A stretch of DNA of 64,000 nt. It comes from an uncultured bacterium. Its GTDB lineage: Bacteria; Zixibacteria; MSB-5A5; CAIYYT01. The stretch covers positions 1,630,857 to 1,694,856 of the forward strand of contig CAVSCK010000004.1 of assembly GCA_963726455.1 (NCBI GenBank), given 5' to 3'. The notes beneath the pieces were generated by a model. The model did not search any database and had not been told where the DNA came from. It was given only the letters and a program-made list of their open reading frames with translations. Position 1 is the first letter of the stretch. Each line of letters starts with the position of its first letter. Position numbers and translations under genes: made by a program. Shown here piece by piece: positions 32,765-43,494 of this stretch.

Positions 32765-33211
32765 CTACTTGCTAATTTTGGGGTAGCCGCAAGCACCGTG
32801 GCAGTCGGCACATGCGATAATCTTCTCCGCTACAAGCTCAATATTAATGTCGGCATCAATGACGACTGTGTCATTCTCCCGATGGATTTTGGCAACCGCG
32901 CAGCGCGAGGATTTGCCTCCGGAGTCCCGGCCGACATAGACTTGAAGGACGTCCTGAATGGCGAACAAATGCTTGAGATGAAGAAAGCGATCGGTGTCAT
33001 CGAGAGGCGCACCGGCAGCCAACAGCTTGCCTTCATCGAAGGCAAGAATTTCGTCTACCGCAAGACCGCGTAAGTGGTCAAGCAATAAAGATTCGACACC
33101 TATCGCCTGCCCGCATGACTGTTTGGTGAAAGCATAGTCGATAAGCTGTTCGTCCCCGGAGAGTGTGATTCGAATTTCTTCGACTATGTTGTGGCAGGGT
33201 TTGCCGAGCAT
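32765..33211 (-). CDS. Hypothetical protein (148 aa, Cys-containing, CADCHGACG at the C-terminus)
   Basis: ORF only; an ORF of similar size also exists on the opposite strand. Confidence 0.3.
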   Translation of the reverse strand: MLGKPCHNIVEEIRITLSGDEQLIDYAFTKQSCGQAIGVESLLLDHLRGLAVDEILAFDEGKLLAAGAPLDDTDRFLHLKHLFAIQDVLQVYVGRDSGGKSSRCAVAKIHRENDTVVIDADINIELVAEKIIACADCHGACGYPKISK

Positions 33212-33425
33212 CGTTTTGTCCTATCCAAACACTACTTTGTCGACTAAATAAGTCGATTAGGGGGCTTACAGTCAAGTGCGAAAATCGGCTGAAGACCCAC
33301 GAAGCCGAGCGAGCACTTCTGAAAAAATATTTGTTGACATGGACACCGATGATTCCTAGCGTATTCGTGAAAGCGATGGCAGCACTGAAGACGCGCTAAT
33401 GTCGAAAAGGTAACGGAAAACCTCA

Positions 33426-34772
33426 ATGGACTTGCTGGCCTTATCCAGACTGCAATTCGGACTCACAGTCGGCTTTCATTACATATTCCCACCTCTTTCT
33501 ATCGGTCTGGGATTGATGCTGGTCTTCATGGAGGGTCTCTATCTCAAAACCAGGAATCCACTGTATCAACAGATAACCCGGTTCTGGGTGAAGATCTTCG
33601 GATTGATTTTCGCTCTCGGTGTCGCCACCGGCATCGTGATGGAATTCCAGTTCGGTACCAACTGGTCGACGTACTCGCGTTTTGTCGGCGACGTTTTCGG
33701 CAGTGCGCTAGCTGCCGAAGGAATTTTCGCATTCTTCCTGGAATCCGGCTTTCTTGCCATTTTGCTTTTTGGCTGGGACAAAGTCAGTTCGCGCGTTCAC
33801 TTCCTGTCGACGATCCTGGTGTGCGTCGGTGCGCATTTTAGCGCTATTTGGATTGTGGTGGCGAACTCCTGGCAGCAGACCCCGGCGGGATTTCATTTGG
33901 TGGGCCAGCCGCCTGACGTCCGTGCCGAGATGGTAGATTTCTGGCAATTGTTATTCAACCCATCGACTGTCGACCGCGTGTGGCATGTTTATATGGGCGC
34001 CTGGCAGGCAGGGGCGTTCTTCATTTTGAGCGTGAGCGCTTACTATCTGATCAAGTCAAGACATGTTGATTTTGCCAGGATTTCTATCAAAATAGGTCTG
34101 GTTCTGGCAGCAGTCGCTTCGGTTCTGCAGTTGGTGTCAGGCGACATCAGCGGTAAAGGCGTTGCGCGTAACCAGCCGGCAAAGATGGCAGCTTACGAAG
34201 GCATCTTTAATACCGAACCAGCGGGTTTGTATCTCTTTGGCTGGGTCAATGAGGAACAGGAGAAGGTGCAACTGGGAGTCAAGATTCCGGGACTGCTGAG
34301 CTACTTGATCTATGGCGATTCACAGCGCCCGGTTACGGGACTCAAGGAATTCAGGCCGGAGGATCGACCGCCGGTGAACGTCATATTTCAGAGTTATCAT
34401 GCGATGGTGGCAATTGGCATGTTGCTGATAATTGTATCATGGCTGGGACTATTCTATTGGTGGCGCAAGAAGCTGTTCAGCGTTCGCTGGCTGCTGTGGG
34501 TATTTGTATTCTCGGTATTGGCTCCGGAATTGGCAAATCAACTTGGGTGGTTCTCGGCCGAGGTCGGGCGGCAACCATGGATTGTGTACAACTACCTGCG
34601 CACATCGGATGCTTTGTCAAAGGTTGTCCACTCGGGTGACGTGCTGTTATCGATTATCCTATTCAGTCTGGTTTACCTGTTGCTGTTAGTGCTGTTCATC
34701 TACCTGCTGAATGACAAAATTCAGAAGGGACCGGCGGCAGAGGATCTGGAAGTCGCAGGACACAGGGCCTAG
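33426..34772 (+). CDS. cydA: Cytochrome bd ubiquinol oxidase subunit I
   Basis: Characteristic N-terminus ([29 protein letters not shown]) and Q-loop region. Confidence 0.85.
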   Translation: MDLLALSRLQFGLTVGFHYIFPPLSIGLGLMLVFMEGLYLKTRNPLYQQITRFWVKIFGLIFALGVATGIVMEFQFGTNWSTYSRFVGDVFGSALAAEGIFAFFLESGFLAILLFGWDKVSSRVHFLSTILVCVGAHFSAIWIVVANSWQQTPAGFHLVGQPPDVRAEMVDFWQLLFNPSTVDRVWHVYMGAWQAGAFFILSVSAYYLIKSRHVDFARISIKIGLVLAAVASVLQLVSGDISGKGVARNQPAKMAAYEGIFNTEPAGLYLFGWVNEEQEKVQLGVKIPGLLSYLIYGDSQRPVTGLKEFRPEDRPPVNVIFQSYHAMVAIGMLLIIVSWLGLFYWWRKKLFSVRWLLWVFVFSVLAPELANQLGWFSAEVGRQPWIVYNYLRTSDALSKVVHSGDVLLSIILFSLVYLLLLVLFIYLLNDKIQKGPAAEDLEVAGHRA

Positions 34773-34781
34773 GGAGAAGTA

Positions 34782-35798
34782 ATGGATCTAAATACCGTAT
34801 GGTTTGTGCTGGTCGGGGTGCTTCTCACCGGATATGCCATACTTGACGGTTTCGATCTGGGAGTGGGCGCGTTGCATTTGTTCACCAAACAGGACGTCGA
34901 GCGGCGGATATTTTTCAACTCGATTGGCCCAATCTGGGATGGAAACGAAGTCTGGCTGGTCACCGGCGGCGGTGCGCTGTTTGCCGCCTTCCCGGAGGTC
35001 TACGCCACAGCCTTTTCGGGATTTTACTTGGCGCTTATCCTGCTACTCTTTGGCCTGATATTTCGCGCGGTCGCAATTGAATTTCGCAGCAAACAGCCGA
35101 TGCGCTGGTGGCGCCAAATGTGGGACGTGTCGTTCAGCGTGAGCAGCATCTTATCAGCTCTTCTAATTGGTGTGGCCCTGGGAAATATCGCGCGTGGTAT
35201 TCCGCTGGGGACCGATCACGAATCACTGGCCGGATTCTTCGACTTGCTTAATCCCTACTCCGTATTAGTCGGCATCACGACAGTAGGCTTGTTCATGATG
35301 CACGGCGCGATATTCCTGGTGTTAAAGACCGAAGGAGAACTGCACAACAATCTACGGCGGTGGGTCAACAACTCGATCATCTTCTTCATCATTTGTTATG
35401 CCACTACCACAATGGCAACGCTGTTGTATGTGCCGCATATGGTGGAGTTTATTAAGCAGCACCCGGTGATCTTCCTGTTGCCGCTACTTAACATGCTGGC
35501 GATCGCCAATATCCCACGAGAAATGTATCACGGAAATGATATGCGGGCCTTCCTGTCGTCTTGCGCGGCGATAATCGCTTTGCTCGCCTTGTTCGGCATC
35601 GGCATGTATCCGGACTTGATTTTCTCCAGCCCGGATGCAACTTCGAGTTTGACGATCTATAATGCGGCGTCGTCACCGAAGACACTCAAGGTCATGTTGA
35701 TCATTGCCGCCATGGGAGTGCCGTTGGTGCTGGCGTATACGGCATCCATCCATTGGATATTCCGGGGCAAGGTCAAGCTCGACTCGCACAGCTATTAG
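34782..35798 (+). CDS. cydB: Cytochrome bd ubiquinol oxidase subunit II
   Basis: Membrane protein immediately downstream of cydA. 338 aa. Confidence 0.8.
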   Translation: MDLNTVWFVLVGVLLTGYAILDGFDLGVGALHLFTKQDVERRIFFNSIGPIWDGNEVWLVTGGGALFAAFPEVYATAFSGFYLALILLLFGLIFRAVAIEFRSKQPMRWWRQMWDVSFSVSSILSALLIGVALGNIARGIPLGTDHESLAGFFDLLNPYSVLVGITTVGLFMMHGAIFLVLKTEGELHNNLRRWVNNSIIFFIICYATTTMATLLYVPHMVEFIKQHPVIFLLPLLNMLAIANIPREMYHGNDMRAFLSSCAAIIALLALFGIGMYPDLIFSSPDATSSLTIYNAASSPKTLKVMLIIAAMGVPLVLAYTASIHWIFRGKVKLDSHSY

Positions 35799-35857
35799 GA
35801 ATACCAAAAAGAAGGTTTACTTCTCGCCACCGGCATGGCTTATTGACCGGTGCCATG

Positions 35858-36695
35858 ACTGCATGTTTCTTCGTCACAGATTTGCACGGCCGAGTGCCTC
35901 GCTACGAGAAGCTCTTTGCGGCAATCGCTGCTGAGCAACCGGATGCAGTTTTTATTGGGGGCGACATTCTGCCATCGGGATTGATGTCGATGAATGCCGA
36001 TAAGGACCGCTATCAGGATTTCGTGCGAGATTATCTGGCTGATCGATTCCGAGCGCTGAAGAGCCAATTGGGCGACAAATACCCTCGAGTCTTCTTGATA
36101 ATGGGAAACGATGATTTTCGGGTGCAGGAAGAGGCAATCGAGGAAGTGGAATTGCAGGGTGTCTGGGAATACGTCGCACAACCGACGAGTCATGTTTGGG
36201 GATTATTCCGTGTACGGATACGCTTATGTCCCGCCGACGCCGTTTCGGCTCAAGGATTGGGAACGTTATGATGTTTCGCGGTATGTCGATCCGGGCTGTG
36301 TTTCACCTGAGGAAGGGAGCCGGTCGGTGATGGTGTCGGAACATGAAAAGAGGTTTTCCACGATTGCGAAAGATCTCGAATTGCTGGCTGACGATGAGGT
36401 CTTGTCGAAATCAATCTGGGTAATACATACGCCACCCTATCAGACCAAGCTTGACCGCGCGGCACTCGACGGGAAGAAGGTAGAACATGTGGAGCTTGAC
36501 CCGCATATCGGCAGTATTGCGGTGAAACGCTTCATCGAGTCGCGACAGCCTTTTATAACCTTGCACGGACATGTGCATGAATCGGCACGATTGACTGGAG
36601 AGTGGCGCGAGCAGCTTGGCAAAACGCACATGTTCTCGGCGGCACATGACGGCCCGGAATTGGCGCTGGTGCGATTCAGCCCTGAGAAGTCCTGA
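35858..36695 (+). pseudogene. Metallophosphoesterase (calcineurin-like), frameshifted near 36185
   Basis: DLHG, GGD and GNDD motifs in ORF 35753..36271. The remainder (VIHTPP ... LHGHVHE) is in ORF 36111..36695, one frame off. An extra C in caaccgacga is the likely cause. Confidence 0.6.
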
Positions 36696-36726
36696 GAGTG
36701 CTACGAGAGAATTGATTCTGACTTAA

Positions 36727-39700
36727 TCAGGATGACTGCTTCTTCATCGGCAACTGGCGGGCGGCATCAGTCACGGCGCCGATCTTCACGGCGAAACTGG
36801 TCTTACGGGTGATGTCTTCATCGGTAATGATGTGATAGTCAACTAATCCCTCGGAACTGTAGCCGGTCTGCAGATAGTTCATTTCAGCAAGACATAGACT
36901 CCAACCATCGAACCAGTTGCAGAGGCGTTCCCGCTGCTGATCGTCACCGCGGAAATGCACGAGCAGGTCAATGTCGCTTCCGGGTCCGGCAGTGGCGTTC
37001 TTGGTGCTGCCGAAGACGTAGATTGCGACCACGCCAAATCGTTCAGGGTCTATCTGGAGAGCGATGTGCTCAGCTATATTGAGCCGCCAGCGCCAAAAGC
37101 TCTCAGAGGGAAGATCGGCAAGCTGTCTCTTTGCCGCGGCCGTCTGGTGGTCCGTGCGAGGCGGCGCCAACATCGCCACTGCCTGATCGAGATCGGCATT
37201 GAACAACACTTGCAGGACACGACCATTCGTGAAATTCGGTACGTCTATCACATGGATGGTGTCAGCAAGATAACCGAACTCGGGCAGAATCTCTGGCAAC
37301 AGGTTGGGGGCAGTCAGAAGAAATTTTTCATTGAAAACAATGCCCTCATCATCGGGATACAACGGCAAGTAGCGAATTTCCGCCTCAACGAGATCCTGGA
37401 AGAAATGAGTGCCGAACGAGAGATCGGGAAGGTAGTTGCCGCTTTGACGCGCAATCTCAATCAGCACAGCCGTGTTGTTGATGTCGGAGTACGTGACCGG
37501 CACACCAAGCTTGATATCGCCTCGGCTCCCCCAACGACCAGGCCCCATCAGGACAAATTGGCGCTTGGGCAACAGCGCATTAAGCTTGCCTACAGCTCTG
37601 CCGACTGCCAGCAGCGTAGCACGGTCACTGATGTCACTGTATGTCTGCGGGTCAACATAGACGATGTGCGTAATGTCGGGCACGCGGCCATTCGAAATAT
37701 GCTTGTTTGCACTGAAGATCAGCCGTTCGGGCGGAATATCCTGTGGAATCGGGGTGGCGCCACCACCGGTTCGCGAGTAACTCTGCGGACGACACTGGAG
37801 CAAATAGAAATCCGTGCCGTCATGGGCAAACTCGATGTCGACGGGGACGCCAATCTTTTCTTCAAGTGTTTTGAGAATGAAGTTGATCATTGCGACAAAG
37901 GAAGTTTGGGCAAGCAAGCCGTCGAATGTGACGAGCGTTTCACCGTCCGGTGAAAAGTTGAGTCCCGAAATGCGGCGCAGGTGGTCGCCGTCAACTATCG
38001 AAGCAATCTCGGCCAGTCCGGGATAGTCCAAACCGCATTCGCGGATCAGATCGCTCACCTCCAATGTCTCGAAGGAATTGGTCTCAAGATTGATGACGTC
38101 GATCTTCTTCGGGGAATAGCGCAGAGTTTCTTCTTGAGTGACATTTACGCGCAAGCCGGGCTGTCCGGGCGATACCAGCACGGGATAGTCTTCTGCAATA
38201 CGGTCGACGGCGCGAGTTCCCAGACCCGGCACCAGCCGCACGAGTCCATCCTCACGTTTGATTCGCGGTGACCAGCGGAATTCGTTGCGGCTGAACGCCA
38301 CGCCGGCAAAGGAAGGCATGAAGTATTTGCCCGCGCGCGCTCCCACCACCTGCTGAATCATGATTCCCATTTCTTCGTGGAAATCCAGCATCCCGCGTTC
38401 GGCACGATATTCGATCGGATCGGGCGCGAAAGTCGAGGCGTACACCTCCGCCACTGCATCGAGGAGCGCTTCAAGTCGGTCGGATTTGTCGCCCTGGTTG
38501 GCAAGGAACAGACTTTTGTATTTGCCGGAAAAGGCGGCGCCGGCGCGGTCCTCAAGCAAACTGGAACTTCTGACAATCAGCGGGCAGTCGCCAAAATCAT
38601 CGAGCACGGCAGAGAGTGCTTTGACAATCTCCGGCGGGAAATGGCTGTTTTTGAAAGTCTGCACGACGTTCGGGTATTCCAGTCGAACCTGGTTTATGTC
38701 TTTATACTTTTGCTCAATGACCTCTTCGAGATTGTTGAAATTTATGAAGTGCAGAACAAGGTCAGACGTGATGTACCAAGTCTTGGGTACCTTGAGGTTT
38801 TCCAGCAGTTTGTTGTCGGCCTGAAGACGCTTGAGAATCTGCGCCGCCAGGAATAGTCCGGCGCTCTTGCCACCCAACCGCCCCAGACTTTCGGGCGTAT
38901 AGATTACGCTGTGCAAGAGTTCAAACACATCGCCGATCACAATATGCTCCTTGGCGACATTGATGTAATCGGGCTGATCGGAGAAAAATCGGCGAATAAG
39001 TGAGACCAGGACGCTGCGCTTGGTTGGATCCGGGATATCGATACCTTCCGGGACCATGCGCTGATAGCGGCGAATAGCATCAGCGACCTCGGCTAATGGT
39101 GAACTGTCGCTGACGAGTGACTTGATAAGAAATCCTAGTTTGTCCTGCTGAATCCATTTCTGAATCAACTGGAGTATTTCGGCGGGGCTTAAGTGTTCGG
39201 TCGCTATCTGGAAAGTTTCGTCCGAGAGAAAATCGCTCGACGAAATCAGGGTCTTGCGATAGAAGGGGCGATTTGATTCGCCCAATAATTCCTCGTCATC
39301 ACCCGGTTCACCAGAACTGTAATACTCCAAGAGACTCTTAGCTTCTTCGACACCCGTCCAACAGAGATGATTCAGCATCTTGCGGGATATGCGCAGATAC
39401 AGGTTACGATCGGTCTGGCGCAGGAGATCAAGCACGACGCGCCATTCAGTCTTGGTGCTGTCCAACAATTCCTGGGCTGCGGTGCGGTATTCCTGGAACA
39501 CGTATTTCATCTTCTGATAGGTGATGAAATTCCCAAGCCGTTCGGAAACGGTATTGATCAGCTTGGTTTCTTCCTTCAGGAACGGGCCCTGATCTTCGTT
39601 TGGCATTTCCTGAAGATAGTAAACGCTGACAGTGCCGACCACTTGGTCGAAAACCTGAATGTTGGCGGTTTGCACCCAGCGGGATTCACGGAAATTGTCG

Positions 39701-39915
39701 GAGTGAAAGGAATTGCTGCCGAGCGTGATTTTCGCCTGACAGATTTCGGGGTACTGCCAACCGGGAGGAATGGCTTCGATGATTCCTTTGCAGACGTCGT
39801 CAAGGTTGGCTTCCGGTTTGAGCAGCTCTTCGATCCGATAGAGACAACTTAGCTCCTTGGCTCGTTCCTGCAGGAACCAGATCAACTTGGTCGTCGGAGT
39901 CTGTTTGCCGTTCAT
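36727..39915 (-). CDS. Multidomain protein: unknown N-terminal region of about 330 aa, PEP-utilizing-enzyme N-terminal ATP-grasp-like domain (PPDK_N), C-terminal minimal (Pol-beta-type) nucleotidyltransferase domain
   Basis: LIVRSSSLLEDRAGAAFSGKYKSLF matches the PpsA/PPDK nucleotide-binding signature. FGSTKNATAGPGSDIDLLVHF matches G[ST]..DxD. No phosphohistidine motif. 1062 aa, intact. Confidence 0.55.
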   Translation of the reverse strand: MNGKQTPTTKLIWFLQERAKELSCLYRIEELLKPEANLDDVCKGIIEAIPPGWQYPEICQAKITLGSNSFHSDNFRESRWVQTANIQVFDQVVGTVSVYYLQEMPNEDQGPFLKEETKLINTVSERLGNFITYQKMKYVFQEYRTAAQELLDSTKTEWRVVLDLLRQTDRNLYLRISRKMLNHLCWTGVEEAKSLLEYYSSGEPGDDEELLGESNRPFYRKTLISSSDFLSDETFQIATEHLSPAEILQLIQKWIQQDKLGFLIKSLVSDSSPLAEVADAIRRYQRMVPEGIDIPDPTKRSVLVSLIRRFFSDQPDYINVAKEHIVIGDVFELLHSVIYTPESLGRLGGKSAGLFLAAQILKRLQADNKLLENLKVPKTWYITSDLVLHFINFNNLEEVIEQKYKDINQVRLEYPNVVQTFKNSHFPPEIVKALSAVLDDFGDCPLIVRSSSLLEDRAGAAFSGKYKSLFLANQGDKSDRLEALLDAVAEVYASTFAPDPIEYRAERGMLDFHEEMGIMIQQVVGARAGKYFMPSFAGVAFSRNEFRWSPRIKREDGLVRLVPGLGTRAVDRIAEDYPVLVSPGQPGLRVNVTQEETLRYSPKKIDVINLETNSFETLEVSDLIRECGLDYPGLAEIASIVDGDHLRRISGLNFSPDGETLVTFDGLLAQTSFVAMINFILKTLEEKIGVPVDIEFAHDGTDFYLLQCRPQSYSRTGGGATPIPQDIPPERLIFSANKHISNGRVPDITHIVYVDPQTYSDISDRATLLAVGRAVGKLNALLPKRQFVLMGPGRWGSRGDIKLGVPVTYSDINNTAVLIEIARQSGNYLPDLSFGTHFFQDLVEAEIRYLPLYPDDEGIVFNEKFLLTAPNLLPEILPEFGYLADTIHVIDVPNFTNGRVLQVLFNADLDQAVAMLAPPRTDHQTAAAKRQLADLPSESFWRWRLNIAEHIALQIDPERFGVVAIYVFGSTKNATAGPGSDIDLLVHFRGDDQQRERLCNWFDGWSLCLAEMNYLQTGYSSEGLVDYHIITDEDITRKTSFAVKIGAVTDAARQLPMKKQSS

Positions 39916-41669
39916 GACCGGATCACACCTCGCGCGTTCTTGCCATCAATTTGTACTCGCAGTGGCGCCGCCAGTTTGACGTGCCTTACATAGTCTGTTT
40001 CGGTAACAGTTTGCTGTTTCTGAAACCAGTCCCATTTGATTTGATATGGTCCGGCTTCTGCAACCGAAAAATAGCCAACCTGGGAACTGATGACATTATG
40101 AAAGAAATGCGATCCCTGCGACATCTCGACGTGCATTTCGGGCAGCGAGGCCTCCACAATAACTTTGGCGCCGGAGATTTGCCACCAGCTAACCGGAATG
40201 CCGAAGGGCGGATCGGTAGTGCCCAGTCGGCCATACACGATCAGGAGATAAGGATGACCCTCTGCCACCAGCCGATGATTTACCGCTTCCAGGTCGGAAG
40301 CGATCTGCCAGGACTGGTGCTCGTCAAATTCGGTGACCTTGAGAAATACGGCGTCACGCACGGTGTTTATCAGGCCGTTTCCGAGTACTCTCTCAGAAGC
40401 GACCAGAACATCTTCGGCGCCCAAATCTTCAAGCGGTACCGGCACGCGGTTGCGGGAAACGAACATGGGGCGCACCTGCAGGAAGCCAAACTTCGCAGGT
40501 ATGCCTCCTGCCGGATCCAGTGCCACCGCAAATTCGATCTCCACTTCGTGACCAACCACTTCTTCGCAGAGTTTGAGCAATGACTTAAGCAAATTGTTTA
40601 AAGGTATATCGCCAATTGAAAGTATGGGGGCAAAAGTGAGAACTCGCGGGCCTTTGCCTGTGAGTCCGGTGGTCAGCCGATCATTCTCATATTGGTAGGT
40701 GGAGACAATATACTGCAGCACTTCGTCGGCCTCCGCCTCTGACAGATCTCCGGTCACCATATATTCCGTTTCTTTGACCGGATCATAGGCGGGTGGCTTG
40801 CCCATATTGACGGCCCAAAACTCAGTCTGCGTCTGCTTGACCATATCACCGGTCGATTTATAAGGTGGGGCGGTTCGTGGATAGGCCGGGCAATAACTCC
40901 AGCACTTTCCGCCGTCAACAACCGTCTTGCCCAGTCCCAGCGCAAGATTCACGACTCCATCTTTTGGTTTGCCGTGTCCGGTGGCATAGAAGTTATATGA
41001 CCGCGCCACACCCGATATGTGGGGATAAAATTTATCCCCAAAGCGAGTACCGACGACTTCCTGAATGATAACCGCCATCTTCTCTTTTTCCACAGATTGG
41101 CCCGTGGTCCTGATGTAGGTCTTGGCTTCCCGATAGAAGGTAGAGGCGTACACGAATTTGACAGCTTCGATAAGTATTCGGAAACGGGTGTCGGCATCGA
41201 ACTGGTTGTTGGGAATCATTTTAGTGCCGTAGACGCCGGCGAAAGGTTCGCGCAGGGCGTCCTCAAAAAGACTCGATGATCGCACTGCCAACGGTGAATG
41301 GATTCTCTCTGCTAGCGCGCGAAGGTCGCCCACGATTTCGGGGGGCATATTTGCGCGCTGGAAGGCATGCCCGATCTGGTCGTCGGTGCTTTCATCGGAG
41401 TAGGCAATATCGTAGAGGTTGTTCTGGCGCATGAAAGCGTCGAAGACATCGGTGGCGATGACGGTCATCGTGGGAATGCGAACGACAAATTCGGGAAATT
41501 CTCTGGCGCTGATGTGGGAAAGAAGAGAGTCTTTTATGAATGCCAGCCCCTGGGCCTTCCCCCCTATCCAGCCCGAGCCGATGTAACTGAATACGCCGCT
41601 GAACCCGGTAAATCGGCGGTCAAACGGCACCAGATTGTCTAGTGAAGCTTCACCGGCACGATCAGGCAT
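39912..41669 (-). CDS. PEP-utilizing-enzyme N-terminal-domain (PPDK_N)-like protein without phosphohistidine or PEP-binding domains
   Basis: IGGKAQGLAFI and LAVRSSSLFEDAL signatures. ATGA overlap with the downstream gene. Confidence 0.55.
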   Translation of the reverse strand: MPDRAGEASLDNLVPFDRRFTGFSGVFSYIGSGWIGGKAQGLAFIKDSLLSHISAREFPEFVVRIPTMTVIATDVFDAFMRQNNLYDIAYSDESTDDQIGHAFQRANMPPEIVGDLRALAERIHSPLAVRSSSLFEDALREPFAGVYGTKMIPNNQFDADTRFRILIEAVKFVYASTFYREAKTYIRTTGQSVEKEKMAVIIQEVVGTRFGDKFYPHISGVARSYNFYATGHGKPKDGVVNLALGLGKTVVDGGKCWSYCPAYPRTAPPYKSTGDMVKQTQTEFWAVNMGKPPAYDPVKETEYMVTGDLSEAEADEVLQYIVSTYQYENDRLTTGLTGKGPRVLTFAPILSIGDIPLNNLLKSLLKLCEEVVGHEVEIEFAVALDPAGGIPAKFGFLQVRPMFVSRNRVPVPLEDLGAEDVLVASERVLGNGLINTVRDAVFLKVTEFDEHQSWQIASDLEAVNHRLVAEGHPYLLIVYGRLGTTDPPFGIPVSWWQISGAKVIVEASLPEMHVEMSQGSHFFHNVISSQVGYFSVAEAGPYQIKWDWFQKQQTVTETDYVRHVKLAAPLRVQIDGKNARGVIRS

Positions 41670-41704
41670 TCAGCACTCCTCGTGGATAGTCACACAGATT
41701 AAAC

Positions 41705-41730
41705 GCGCCGTCAGATCACTCTGACGGCGC
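41705..41730 (-). terminator. Perfect 10-bp hairpin (gcgccgtcag / ctgacggcgc) between gdh and the PPDK_N-like operon; weak U-tract
   Basis: Direct read of the sequence. Confidence 0.35.
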
Positions 41731-41780
41731 TCTAAGCTACTCAGAAGAAGTATCCCTTCCGAGAGAATTATCGATAACTA

Positions 41781-43085
41781 TTATACCCAACCACGATCTC
41801 TACAGGCCTGTGCCACGCGACTCACTGAAATGATATAGGCCGCATCGCGCATGTAGAGTTTGCGCTTGCGTGCCAGTTCACTTACGGCGAGGAAAGCGGA
41901 GGTCATCTTGACATCAAGTTTGCCAAGGACCTCATCCTTCTCCCAGAAATAGTTCATGTTGCACTGAACCTGCTCGAAGTAACTGCAAGTCACACCGCCG
42001 GCGTTGGCCAGGAAATCGGGGATCACGAAAATTCCGCGCTCCGATATGATCTTGTCAGCTTCGGGTGTCGTGGGACCATTGGCGCCCTCAGCGATTATCT
42101 TAACGTTCTTGCCAATCTTGGAGACGGTCGTACCGGTAATCTGGTTTTCGATGGCGCATGGGAACAGGATGTCAACATCCTGCTCGATCCATGCATCGCC
42201 CGCCAACACTTCGTAGCCGAGATCTTTTGCCTTGGCTTTGTCGATTCCGCCGAACTTGTCGGTGATGCTGACCAGTTGGTCAGGGTCGACGCCGTCCTTC
42301 TTGCGGAACGTATACGAAGTCTGATCGTGCTGATCCCAGCAGGAAACGCAGATCGGCTTGCCGCCGATTTGACGGTACAGTCGCAGCGCGTACTGGGAGA
42401 CGTTTCCGAATCCCTGGAAACTTGCGGTCGTGTTTTCCGGCTTGATTCCCATTTCGCGGAGGGCCTCACGCACGGTATAGACCACGCCATAGCCGGTGGC
42501 TTCGGTACGGCCCAGCGAGCCGCCCAGGCCAACCGGTTTACCCGTAATCATGCCGGGATATTTCTCGCCGCGAATCTTTTCGTATTCGTCGAGCATCCAA
42601 AGCATGTGCTGTCCGCTGGTCATAACGTCCGGCGCCGGCACGTCAGTAAACGGACCGACGTTGCGAGCCATTTGGCGAATCCAACCGCGACAAATCTGTT
42701 CCTGCTCACGCTCGCTCAAATTGTGCGGATCACAGATCACGCCGCCTTTACCACCACCCAACGGGATATCAACGACCGAGCATTTCCAGGTCATCCACAT
42801 CGCAAGTGCCCTGACAGTATCAATTGTTTCTTGCGGGTGAAAACGAATGCCACCTTTACTGGGGCCGCGAGAATCATTGTGTTGCACGCGAAAACCGCGA
42901 AACACCCTGACCTTGCCATCGTCCATGCGAACCGGAATCAGAAACGAAAATTCGCGCATCGGTTCGCGCAGTATTTCTCTGCTGCCCGAATCGAGATTGA
43001 GGAAATCGGCCGCTTTATCAAACTGCTGCTGTGCCATAGCATAGGGGTTAAACGCACCGGAACTCATTAAGTGTCTCCCTTCCAA
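41781..43085 (-). CDS. Glu/Leu/Phe/Val dehydrogenase family (glutamate dehydrogenase)
   Basis: Motif PLGGGKGGV and a C-terminal NAD(P) Rossmann domain. Confidence 0.8.
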   Translation of the reverse strand: MEGRHLMSSGAFNPYAMAQQQFDKAADFLNLDSGSREILREPMREFSFLIPVRMDDGKVRVFRGFRVQHNDSRGPSKGGIRFHPQETIDTVRALAMWMTWKCSVVDIPLGGGKGGVICDPHNLSEREQEQICRGWIRQMARNVGPFTDVPAPDVMTSGQHMLWMLDEYEKIRGEKYPGMITGKPVGLGGSLGRTEATGYGVVYTVREALREMGIKPENTTASFQGFGNVSQYALRLYRQIGGKPICVSCWDQHDQTSYTFRKKDGVDPDQLVSITDKFGGIDKAKAKDLGYEVLAGDAWIEQDVDILFPCAIENQITGTTVSKIGKNVKIIAEGANGPTTPEADKIISERGIFVIPDFLANAGGVTCSYFEQVQCNMNYFWEKDEVLGKLDVKMTSAFLAVSELARKRKLYMRDAAYIISVSRVAQACRDRGWV

Positions 43086-43494
43086 GTACTAGAGAGTAAT
43101 ATGTGACAGCGATAAGTCGCTGCCGGCTGTAACGTTGCGGAATCAGCCGATCCAAGTTTGTCGCCAAGTCCGCTACTATATGTGATCATCAAATTCCTTT
43201 TTCCAGAATCACGCCTGCCATTCGAATAGTTCTTTGCCGCGTCCATAAAATCGGTGCCGCTATCGGCATGATCAAAATACCTTTTACACCGCATCCGCGC
43301 AATCCTGTTCCAAACATCCCCGTCAATAAGCCGGCCGCATTCCCTAGTGAGTTCCAAGGGAATGGGGCGGACTACCGTCCGCCCCATCCGAGATTCATTA
43401 AACGCCCGATCATACGCAATAAGACTGCAAATCCGACCACGTGTGACCCGCGTCAACTCGTGAGACGATTTTATCGTCCAAGATCGCGTCCCGC

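Noticed and set aside
32798-33073. 91-aa plus-strand ORF opposite the 148-aa hypothetical gene
   Set aside because: No recognisable features on either strand. The longer minus-strand ORF is kept at low confidence and the plus-strand ORF is treated as the shadow.
36955-37953. 332-aa plus-strand ORF inside the PPDK_N-nucleotidyltransferase gene
   Set aside because: Antisense shadow ORF. The minus-strand frame has clear conserved motifs and no stops over 3.2 kb.
43067-43456. 129-aa minus-strand ORF overlapping the gdh start and spacer
   Set aside because: Overlaps the real gene start, no RBS, and contains the hairpin elements. Probably non-coding.
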